From Collodictyon triciliatum (lineage: Eukaryota), in contig JBHJMP010000869.1 of the NCBI GenBank assembly GCA_043381765.1, positions 1 to 37,692 of the forward strand: a DNA stretch of 37,692 nt, in the 5' to 3' direction. A program made the translations under genes and the position numbers. This document shows positions 18,501-29,605 of this stretch, in pieces; position 1 is the stretch's first letter, and every line of letters starts with the position of its first letter. Below the pieces are notes generated by a model. It had not been told where the DNA came from and did not search any database. It saw nothing but the letters and a program-made list of their open reading frames with translations.

Positions 18501-21500
18501 CCAACTTATTTTGTGACTTTGCAGATATTACAGTCAAAAAGAGAGATGTATAAATCTGTCCTTATCTCTACAATTATTTGGACACCTTTATGTTTTGGTG
18601 GCAATATAGAAAATTTATTTGATAGACTAATTTAAAAAACAATAAAAGAATTCTACAGTAGAGTCATCACTTTTCTCATTCCAAGGCACATGGAAACAAA
18701 ATAATCTTCTATCAATAGAGTTTTGGGACGCAATCACAAATTCTGTCTGCGGCATTAAAAGAAATTGTGTATGACTTGGGTGGTGTCCTCGCTGATATTG
18801 CTATTGCACAAAGCTGCAAAGGTTTATATCCAATTGTCATCACATATATTTATTCTTACCTATTTGACACGAACATAATCAGACCTTGTAGATGTTAAAT
18901 ATTAAATATGCAAATAATTTTATGTCTGATGATTTCTCATATGGTCCCAGATAATTCTGATCCGTTAAAAGGCACCGAAGGTCTTAATACATTCCTGTCA
19001 TATACATTCACTTTTTTTACATTATTATCTTTATCTTTATCTTTATCTTTATCTTTATCTTTATCTTTATCTTTATCTTTATCTTTATCTTTATCTTTAT
19101 CTTTATCTTTATCTTTATCTTTATCTTTATCTTTATCTTTATTTTTATCTTTGTCATTATTTTCATTGTCATTTTGATTGCCATTCTATAATTATCATTA
19201 TAATTCACTTTGGATCAAATAAAGGAAAAGTAATTATAATTATTATTACTATTGCTTCCTCCTCGTCTAATTGAGTTTTTGCTTTAAAATTTTGGTGTCG
19301 CAACCAACACACATACACACATACACACATACACACAAAAAAATCACAAAGGTTTCAAGGAAGCACCCAGGCCTGCGCTAAAAGTATTCTCTGATGAACG
19401 ACAAATGGTGAGTTGTTCACAAGCGGAAATATTGCTCTATCTCATATAAACCATCTGCTAAATAGCTTACTTCTTTTTCACGGATACAGGAAGTGAAACG
19501 TGCGTTCAGCACTAATGTGATTCCGGCCATGGAAATGAAAAATGTTCTTTTACTCATGGACGATTCGTCACTTTCAAGTATTTTGATCAAATCAAATTAC
19601 ATTTTTCTACTACAATTACTTTAAAAACATTCTGAAAATTAGTCGAGCAACTCAAGCTTATACATGCAACTTTACCGAATGATGAAGAGGTTAGATATAT
19701 TTTAAATTGAAACTGTGGCAAGCCACGATTAACATGATTTTTCCCCTTTATTCGATTCAAAGATGCTTTACCTGATTATATTATCTCGATCGTTTTCTCC
19801 GCTTAGCTTTGGTTTTAAGTCAATAAATCACCCCCTATTCTTCCCCTGTTGATAAATTTCGTTACGTCAGATGGAACAACTAAGACGCTTTGATCCGAAT
19901 AACCCAGCTGTTCGAATGGAGGAAGTGGCCACTATTCGAGTGTGTTGAACTCTTAATATTAAAACACTCCATATTTACATTCATATTCATATATATCGAA
20001 TACTCATATTGCTCAAAACGAAAGATTATGGGTATTCCGAGAATAAGAACCAGGCTGCAGGCGCACATTTTCAAACGAGAATTTCCTCAGCTTGCTGTTG
20101 ACTTAAAGACTGTTTGTATTCTACTTCCTTTATTTCAATAATATACACCCATGTTAAAATTGTTCGAATGCTTTTCATCTTATTCCTGATGAAATACTAG
20201 AAAATATACCGGGTATTTGATTAGCCAAAATCTCTTATTTTCTTTGCGTAGGAAGTTGACACTGCTTACAGAACATGCGAAGATTTCAAACTCCATCGAA
20301 AAATGCCTCGAATTCTTGACGTAAGATCTTTTTATTTGATTGGTCAATAATATTGTCATGCCCATATTAGTGAAGATCACGGTGATTGATACCATTATTT
20401 ACTATAATAGTCTATCAAGCGACTCATTCAAGCTAAAACTAACTCATATACTGCACCACCAAGAATCAACATCTTGGAAAATGTAAGGCTAAAGCATGCC
20501 CACGAATAAAATGCGTGCCTTTTAAGTTTTACTCGTTTTATAACTGAAATAATTTGTTAGGTAAAAGGAGTGGATTCAGATATTTGGAATGGTAATCTGC
20601 AGATTAATTATTTTATTTTCGAGAAAATATGATACCGACGTGATATAAGTGCCTTTGCTTGACATTTGGGTGCGAAAGAAAAATCATACATATTCTATAC
20701 AACCCGTGCAGTTTGTCATTTGATACATGCTATGCGACAGATCTGTATCGAGAGTGCTCCAGGTTCATGACCGATGTGAAACTCACAGAGACAGATTGCT
20801 GTATAACCCAGAAAATCTTATCAAGTAAGTTGCATTAAAGTTTATCCTGATATCAAGCTTATTCTTTAAATGTTTTATTCAGTTGTTGGCACTATTGCTT
20901 AATTTTTTAATTTTTTAACATGATGGTTTATATTTGGGAATAAACAATTTTAACTATATCATGGGTGTATTTTCTTGGCATTTAAAACATTTATCCAGAT
21001 GGCACACTTTTTTTATTTAAAAATTGTATCATATTGATGAATAAATAACAAACACTTTTATTGTATTTGTTGTAATAAATAGTCTCCATACCGCACATGA
21101 CCCAAAAAGCGGAATCCATCAAACAGAGGTTTTCACAGGTTTGATTTGCGTGGTTATTCGAGATTAGAGAAAGGAAACACAATTTATTCGAAAAAAACAT
21201 TATCAAGGTACTTATTTTTATTCAAGTATACATATGTTGTAAAAAAAAAATTTATTAGGCAGAAGAGGAATCGATAATTACTGAATCAAGAAAGTACGAT
21301 ATATTCAAGGATTCTATGACAGTAAGTAACGCAGACATATATGCTGCTTTTGAATTTATGGAATCTTAATCTTCGGCAACTCAGGGGTTTGTCTCAAAGT
21401 CAAAGCCAAGACTCGAAAGAATACTCGCACGTGTCAGTGAAACTGAGGTATTTTCTCATTTTCTTTTGAAGGCTATTATGAAAATATAGCATTTCCTGTA

Positions 21501-21708
21501 TGCATTTATATAATGCTTATTTTCCAGGTTTTTTTTTAATCATCTTCATGTAAAATATTATTAGGATATATACTGTGGGATATTGTATGGATTTGAAATC
21601 GAGTCTCTTACAAATGAGGTTGTTTTATATTACTCAATTATATCTGCAACTTATCAGTCAAACGATATTACACAGGAAATCATCCACCGATTTGATAAAA
21701 TATCATAA
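14660..21708 (+). CDS. Divergent formin-like protein (GBD/FH3-like N-terminus, no FH1, degenerate FH2), about 35 small exons
   Basis: Exons chain in frame. GBD-like: IMEKLNSHLKLNENGWVEQYHSLGGMDQLMGIF...ALDCILSML. FH2-like: LKVFSDERQMEVKRAF, EQLKLIHATLPNDEEMEQLRRF, IMGIPRIRTRLQAHIFKREF, AYRTCEDFKLHRKMPRILD, DIFKDSMTGFVSKSKPRLERILARVSETEDIYCGILYGFE. The start codon and some internal boundaries are tentative. Confidence 0.75.
15463..15532. repeat. poly(A) tract (~70 nt) in a formin intron
   Basis: Homopolymer run. Confidence 0.95.
19025..19152. repeat. (TTTATC)n microsatellite in a formin intron
   Basis: Hexamer array. Confidence 0.96.
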
Positions 21709-21963
21709 TTTAAGGTTTTTACTCCCTTAGGAATGCATGAAGGTTATACACGAGTTTTTCGTACAAGCTAGGGTATCCGTTTTCCAATTTTTCAATCTTT
21801 TTTTTTACCGAATTCATGATGAATTATTGCACTATGAAAATCATCATACATCTGACAAATATATTGAATAATAATGGTAATTAGTTTTGAGAGATAATAT
21901 GTTTATTTTGAATACCCATCTTTAGTCTATCTTCCAAGATCTGTCGCAAACTGGTGGCGAGGT

Positions 21964-22182
21964 TTATTATCATTATTATTATTATCATTATTATTATTAT
22001 TATCATTATTATTATTATCATTATTATTATCATTATTATTATCATTATTATTATCATTATTATTATCATTATTATTATCATTATTATTATCATTATTATT
22101 ATCATTATTATTATCATCATCATGGCAAAGCGAGCTATTGAATGATGAAACCTATACAACCTTTTCCCGATAGCGTTTTAAT
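21964..22182 (-). mobile_element. Dispersed repeat, copy 1: 3' end of a putative non-LTR retroelement/SINE with a (TAA/TGA)n tail; true extent unknown
   Basis: 22121-22182 is identical to 37631-37692. Both copies abut an (ATT)n/(ATC) array on the same side, which reads as a (TAA)n tail on the minus strand. Confidence 0.6.
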
Positions 22183-22899
22183 GATAAAAAAATTACTTTT
22201 AAAAAATAAAATAATTGCGCCATATAAAAATGAACATAAACTTAAACATAACAAAACCCTTATTCTCGTAACTAGGACAACCACATTCTGCCCTTGCGAA
22301 GTCAGCCCGTTGGATACAACCACATCAAACACCATGATTTTTCCGTAACACATCATTCTTTGCATAAGCAATTGTAAAATGTGATGATGGCAACCCCTCA
22401 GTATATACACAGAGTATTCAAACATACGCAGACACTATGAAAGACTGATTGAATACTTCTTTATTATGCCAGCAGACTCCAAGCCAAACCGAAGCTGAAG
22501 CCACCGTCCCACCATCTATACTTGCACAAACGTATGAGAAAAATAAACTTCTCGCATGTAATTTTTCTTTATATTCGCATACTGCTCCACTAATATTACC
22601 ATACCATAGGGAACAAAGCCATCCAGCCAACTGCGCGTTCGAATCGCTCACGAGGGCACCCGGTATGTCTGTTGTATATATCACCAGAATGAAATATCCT
22701 CTCTCGGCGATTTTCGTCCTTATGGCTGAGTCACACTTTGATTGGTCGAAGCAAATGAGTGTGTTTACATGGGGACATATGTGGTTGTAGAAAACGAGTT
22801 CTCTGAGGAGGGAACTCCACTGCCTTCGTACGTGCCGAAATAAAGCTCATTGAAGAACTTTGATTGTGACCTCGCTTTGTGCTTTATTCCTTTTATTCA

Positions 22900-23435
22900 T
22901 GTATGTAGTCTATGCGGTAACGACCTCCCCAGAATGCGCCGTGTGCCATAGTAGGAATAACTCGATCGAACACACATTTATTCAGTGCTCTCTCACTCTA
23001 ATGACTCACCCGAACGAGGAATCAATGTAGCCAGGCTTGAGAGCCATGTGCAATACCGATTCTTGAACAGCCTGCTGAAACACACCCATATTCTTCGCTA
23101 CTCTGACCACAAGCGAAGAGAGATGTGGGAATGTGTCGTGCGATATCTCCCACAACATGTCATACCCCTGCTACCCACGCAACCAATCAACCAGTTGGGT
23201 CGCCTACCTGACCAACTCGCTATCACTCACTTCTTTCCAGTGCTACCCTCTCCACAGTAGCATCTTCTACTCGCGTCTGCTTTCTACCAGCCCTCCCTCT
23301 ACTTGTCCTTATTTTAATGAATTTACCTTGAATCTTTACGCAAGTTTTTTCTCATAATTTTTCGTTATAGCCTTTATGTCTTTGCAGATTTTGGCAGGCA
23401 AGACAGCAAGAGACTACGAAAAAAAAAAAAAAAAA
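22900..23435 (+). mobile_element. Degenerate non-LTR retrotransposon ORF2 3' fragment (zf-RVT-like CCHC finger), possible poly(A) tail
   Basis: 22926-22988 translates SPECAVCHSRNNSIEHTFIQC (C-x2-C-x8-H-x4-C). A frameshifted downstream frame stops at 23260 and an A-run follows at ~23419-23435. Confidence 0.45.
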
Positions 23436-23550
23436 GAGGAACAGAGACGGGCGCCACACCTATTTTTATTTATATATTAACTAATCAATGTATAAACGTA
23501 TAAATTAATCTTATATTTAAATTTTGTCATTTATGTATGTTATTACCTCA

Positions 23551-26500
23551 TTATGCCGAGGCTCTTTGTCTCCACTCCGCCGCTTTTTCAGTATCTTTTT
23601 GAACAGCCCATCCATTTTCATAGCATTCAGCAACAAGCGACACGGCATGGGGGTACTTATATCCACCATACTGAAGCGTCTCAGCTATCTCATTCAAAAT
23701 TTCAAATGCTTCTGCTGAGCCTTGTTGAATTAACTCTTTCAGTTCTTCAAAACTATCTGCGACTTCACCTATAATTTTCCACTTTAACGATGATGGCACG
23801 TTAATTTCAACACCCCAGCCATTCTCGTAGCACTCAGCAAGAATTGAAATAGCCTGGGGGTACTTATAAGTGCTGTTGTCATTATTTTCAGCCATTTCTT
23901 TCAAAACAGCGAAGGCTTCCTTTGAACCTTGCTGAGCTAGTTCTTTCAGTTTCTCAAAGTTTTCCACTTTTCCGTAATACCGCGTTGCTTCGGTGATGTT
24001 TTTATCGACTCCCAAGCCGTTTTCGTAGCACTCAGCAAGAGCGGAAGCTGCTTGTGGATATTTACACCCACCATATTGGACAACGTCGACCATTTCCTTT
24101 AAAATTTCGAGTGCTCCGGCTGAACCTTGTTGTGTGAGTTCCTTTAGCCTCTCAAAACTTTCTGCATCTTCTCCACCGATAATCCTCCACTTAATTGATG
24201 AGGGGATGTCCTTTTCAATGCCCCACCCATTCTCGTAGCAATCTATAAGAATTGAAATAGCTTGAGGGTATTTGTATGAACCATAGTCATTTAACTCAGC
24301 CATTTCTTTCAAAATATCAAAGGCATCTTTTGAACTTTGCTGTGCTAGTCCTTTCAGTTTCTCGAAGCCTTCTGCAACTTCTCCACCGATAATCCTCCAC
24401 TTAATTGATGATGGGATGTCCTTTTCAATGCCCCAACCATTCTCGTAGCACTCTATAAGAATTGAAATAGCTTGGGGGTATTTACATGAGCCATACTCGT
24501 TCAATGAAGCCATTTCTTTCAAAATATCAAAGGCATCTTTTGAACTTTGCTGTGCTAGTCCTTTCAGTTTCTCGAAACTTTCCGTAAGCTCCCCACTGAA
24601 TAATTTCCACTTGATTGATAACGGGATATTCTTTTCAACTCCCCAACCATTCTCATAACACTCTGAAAGAACTGAAACAGCCTGGGGGTATTTGTATGAA
24701 CCGTATTGATAAATTTCGGCCATTTCTAACAGAATATCAAAGGCATCTTTTGAACTTTGCTGTGCTAGTCCTTTCAGTTTCTCGAAACTTTCCGTAAGTT
24801 CTCCACTGATTATTTTCCATCTAAGTGATAACGGGATATTCTTTTCAACTCCCCAACCATTCTCATAACACTCTGAAAGAACTGAAACAGCCTGGGGGTA
24901 TTTATAAGAGCCATACTCACAAATTTCAGCTGTTTCTTTCAAAACGCAGAATGCCTCAATTGAACCCTTTTGCGCGAGCTGCTTAATTTTCTCAAAATCC
25001 TTCGCCTTTATGTATTTTTCTATCGCTATTGTGTCATTTTTTTCAACTATCCATCCATTTTCATAGCATTCGCCAATAATGACAACAGCTTGTGGGTATT
25101 GAGGCTTATCACCCTGAGCTCTTCCCCATAATGTCCATTCGTACTCTTTAATATCCTCCATTTCTCTTAAAATATCCATAACATCTACACCCTGTCTTGT
25201 GAATTCCTTCAACCTCTCGAAGCCTTCTGTTATTTCTCCACCTAATATTCTCCACTTAATAGACGATGGGATATTTTTTTCGACGGACCATCCGTTTTCG
25301 TAACACTCTGAAAGGGCCGAAATAGCCTGGGGGTATTTGTATTTACCACTATCGTGCATTTGTGCCATTTCTTTTAACACTCCAAAAGCAATTTGTGAGC
25401 CTTGTTTTGCAAGTTCCTTCATACCTTCGAAATCATTAGAGTATTTAAGAGGGACAACCATTCTCCAAAAATAAGCTTTATCAGAGTCTTTATCAACTCC
25501 CCAGCCATTTTCAAAGCACTCAGCAACAAGTGGGAAAGTCTGCGGATATTTGTAATTTTCTTCCAAACTACCCACCAAAAGACTAAAAGTATTAAATTTA
25601 ATCTCTGCTATTTCCAGTAAAACACCGAAAGCCATAGATGAGCCCTGTTTTGCAAGTTCCTTAAGGCCATCGAAATCCAAAGAAGATTTAAGAGGGGCAA
25701 CCACCCTCCAAAAGTAAGCTTTATCAGAGTCTTTATCAACTCCCCAGCCATTTTCATAGCACTCCGAAATAATAGGGAAAGACTGCGGATATCTATGCTC
25801 TTCTCCGGGATTTTTATTAAACATAATCAGACTAATTTTTTTCGTTTCTGCTATTTCTAACAAAAGCTCAAATGCACTGTTGGAACCTTGCTTTGCGATT
25901 TGCTTCAATTTCTCACAGTTCTCTCTAACGTCCCCGCCAAGTACTTTCCACTTAAGAAACAACAGGATATCCTTTTCAGTACCCCATCCGTTCTCATAGC
26001 ACTCGGATAGTGCAGATATAGCCTTCTGGTACTTGTATTCTCCATTACAGCTTGTCTCAGCCATTTCTTTCAACAGACTGAATGCTTCGGTGATGCCTTT
26101 TTGGGCCAGTTTCTTAAGCCCTTCAAAATTAAAGGACGATTTTAATGGAGCAATCTGCCCCCAAAATTGAGCCTTTTCAGTATCTTTTTCGACACCCCAT
26201 CCATTTTCGTAGCATTCAGAAAGAATGTCAAGGGCTCGAGGGTGTTTATATATTCCGTAATCATTGTCCTCGGCCATATTTTTCAGCTGATAAAATGCAT
26301 TCGATGAACCTTCTTTTGCTAAACTTCTTAATTTATCAAAGTTCTCAGCCTTACCATACCAATTAGATGCCTTATCAATATCTCTATCTATACCCCAACT
26401 ATTTTCGTAGCATTCACCAACAATCGAAGCGATCTCTGGGTATATATACGATTCGTTGTCAGTAAATTTTGCAGTTCCTTTTAAAACTACAAATGCTTCC

Positions 26501-29500
26501 TGCGATCCTTGTTGTGCCAGCTGCTTGACTTTTTGAAAATTCTCAGCTTTGCAGAGCCACACCATATACCTGATATTATCTGTTTCAACAATAATACCAT
26601 TTTCATAGCAATTAGCCATCACTTGGGCCTGGAAATTTGTATGTTTCTTTTCCGTACAGTAACTCACAAAGGATTGATCAAAAGAAACAGCTCCAAGGGA
26701 AAGCAGTAGTGATTTGTTCAACTGGCTCAAACCTGTAACATTTCTTATTTTAATATTTCCTCCCTCAAGATTTTTTTGGCTTGTGTACACCATAGCCGTC
26801 CCATCCAACATTCTTCCATTACTAATCAAATTCATCGCATCACTCATCTCGTTAAATTCTGCAATTATGCTTCCATTTTCTCCCCTCTTGGTTAGTTGTT
26901 TCTTTGAGTTACATTTTATATCAGACTTTCTCAAGACGAAAATTCTATTTTTTGTCCCCAAATCCCAAATGCATATAATATGGTCAACACTTGCTGAAGC
27001 CAACCACTTTTCACCACTGGGCCCTTGGATATTGGTTACATGAGTAATCGCATCATTATGGCCCCTTAATCTCATAATCTGAGTTCCAGTGACTACATCC
27101 CAAACAATAATAATCTTATCATCGCCTCCTGAAGCTAGCCAACTCTCACCGTTAGGGCCTTTGAATATGCAAAAAGCATTGACAGATCCACTATGACCGT
27201 CAAAATTATAAACTTGAGAACTAGTAGTGACATCCCAAATACGTATCGTATTGTCACTACTTCCTGATGCCAACCAGTTTTCACCTTCGGGTCCTCGAAT
27301 TGTGCAAAGAACTTTGATAGATCCACTATGGCCGTCAAAATTATAAACTTGAGAACTAGTAGTGACATCCCAAATACGTATCGTATTGTCACTACTTCCT
27401 GATGCCAACCAGCTTTCACCTTCGGGTCCTCGAATTCCACAAACACTGTTCACAGAGCCAGTGTGACCTTCTAAATTTTTCATTAGGCTTCGAGAGGCCA
27501 AATCCCAAATACGTATTGTATTATCATTACTCCCTGATGCCAACCAGCTTTCACCTTCGGGTCCTCGAATACTACAAACACTGTTCACAGAGTCTGTGTG
27601 ACCTTCCAACATTGTTATTTGATTCCCACTGTTTTCATCCCAGATTCCTATTTTTTTATCTTGGCTCGCCGAAGCGACCCAATTCTTTCCTTCTGGTCCT
27701 TGAATACCACAGATAATGTTAACTGGCTCTTTGTGAACATGAAGTGTTTTAATTTGATCTTCAAAGGCCTTATCATAGCTACTTATGATATCATCATGAC
27801 ACACAGGTCCAAATTCACCCTTATCAGAGGAGTCTTGGGAATTACAAATACCATTAAAAAAATATGTGTATCCCTCTAATATTTTAATTTGACATCCTGT
27901 GGATAAATCCCAAAGGCGTACTGTTCTGTCCTGACTTCCGGATGCCAACCACTTTTCAAAATTAGGACATTCAATACTACAAAGACTCGAGATATAGTTT
28001 GTATGTCCCTCCAGTATTTTAATTTGGTCTCCTGTAGCTACATCCCAGATACGTATTGTATTGTCATGGCCTCCAGAAGCCAACCAGATTTCACCATTTC
28101 GCCCTTCAATGCCACATACACTACTGACCGTACTTGAATGACCTTGAAATAATTTTACTTGGCTTCCAGTAGAAACATCCCAAATACATACTGTTGTATC
28201 GCTACTACAAGATGCCAGCCAGTTTTCTCCGTTTGGACCTTTAATCCAGCAAACAGAATTTACCCAGCCATTATGGCCAACAATATTTCGAACATAATCA
28301 CCATTTGACAGATTCCATATGCGTATAGTATTATCGTTGCCTCCTGATGCCAGCCAGTTTTCTCCGTTTGGACCTTTAATCCAGCAAACACAATTTACCC
28401 AGCCTATATGGCCTCCTATTGTTTTTAATTGCCTTTCTGTGGCCACATCCCAAATACATATTGTACTAGTGCCTCCTTCGAGAAGATTACTGCTGCTTCC
28501 TGAGGCTAACCAACATTCACTTTGTGGTCCATTGATAACACAAATACTATAGATGTTACCCGTGTCCCCATGGAGTGTTTTTATATGCTTCCCTGATATC
28601 ACATCCCAAATATGGATTTTACCCCAACTTCCAGAAGCCAACCAATTTTCACCATTGGGTCGCTGAATGCTACAAACAACGTTGACACCATCTGATTGAT
28701 TTTCTATTTTTCTCACTTGGTTTCCAGTACCCACATCCCAAATGTGAATTGATTTATCGCTACTACCGGAAGTCAGCCAATTTTCGCCATTGGGTCCTTT
28801 AATACTGCATACACTTGTAACAGAATCAGTATGGCTATCTAATTTTTCGTTAAGAGCTCGGAATTTCACGTGGCTCATATTCGAGGAGTCAAAGATACAG
28901 TCACCGAGCAGCGAATTACTGAAATCGACCCCATCCAAGTTAGCGCCAGTGAAATTGGCACCATCAAGGATCGAGTTGCATAGATTTGCATTAGGAATTT
29001 TGATGCCTGATAGATCAATTCCTCTGAAAGAAATGTTCATAAAGTTTAAGCATGTGATAGCATCAGAGGCAGAATCTGCTTTGCTCTCATCGATTCGTGA
29101 CACATAGACGATTTTAAACAAATTTTTGATTATAAGCTCACGATTCCAATCTTTTTCCAATTTTACATCGTCCAGTATTTCACTGATAAACTCTTTGACT
29201 CTAGTAAACTCCACAGGCTCTTTGTTTATTCCGACCATTTTTGAATGGAGGGATAAATATTCGCATGAGTTTAGAGTTATAGGATGAACCCATCGAAGTT
29301 GAATTTTAAACTTGTTATTCATTTTTGTCCAAAAAACAATGGCTTCGCTGTGCTGCTTCAATTTCATGTACAGCTTATCAATTTCTGTGCAAATAGTCCA
29401 TATCATGTTCTTATTAATTGCGAAATTTTTACAGAGCAAATAAACTGCTTTTTTGAAAAATTCAATGGATGTTTCGTGTTCATTATTTTCTTCCATGAAT

Positions 29501-29605
29501 CTTGCAATTCGAAGACATTGAGAAACATCATAAATAGAAAGCTTAGTATTTGATTCCTTTCTGATAGTAATTGCCTTGTGAAAATACTCTATCACTGCAT
29601 CAAAT
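23551..29605 (-). CDS. 6,055-nt intronless terminal exon of the STAND gene (TPR, pentapeptide, WD40 x14, SEL1-like x15)
   Basis: The 2014-aa ORF in the track; acceptor tttttatccag| at 29606; its phase matches the upstream TPR exon donor at 29709. Confidence 0.92.

Noticed and set aside
22142-22185. SECIS-like ATGA...AA...TGA hairpin
   Set aside because: The core quartet is out of register with the stem, there is no upstream in-frame UGA gene, and it is part of a dispersed repeat.
22633-22660. tRNA gene
   Set aside because: Only a T-arm/3'-like piece is present, with no matching 5' acceptor strand, D-arm or anticodon arm.
22796-22850. Hammerhead ribozyme (CTGAGGA...GAAA)
   Set aside because: Stems I-III cannot be formed; the CTGAGGA is sequestered in a simple hairpin.
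23555-28840. CRISPR-like or DGR-like repeat arrays
   Set aside because: The repeats are in-frame protein repeats (135 and 210 bp) with no spacers, no adenine-specific variation and no RT or cas genes.
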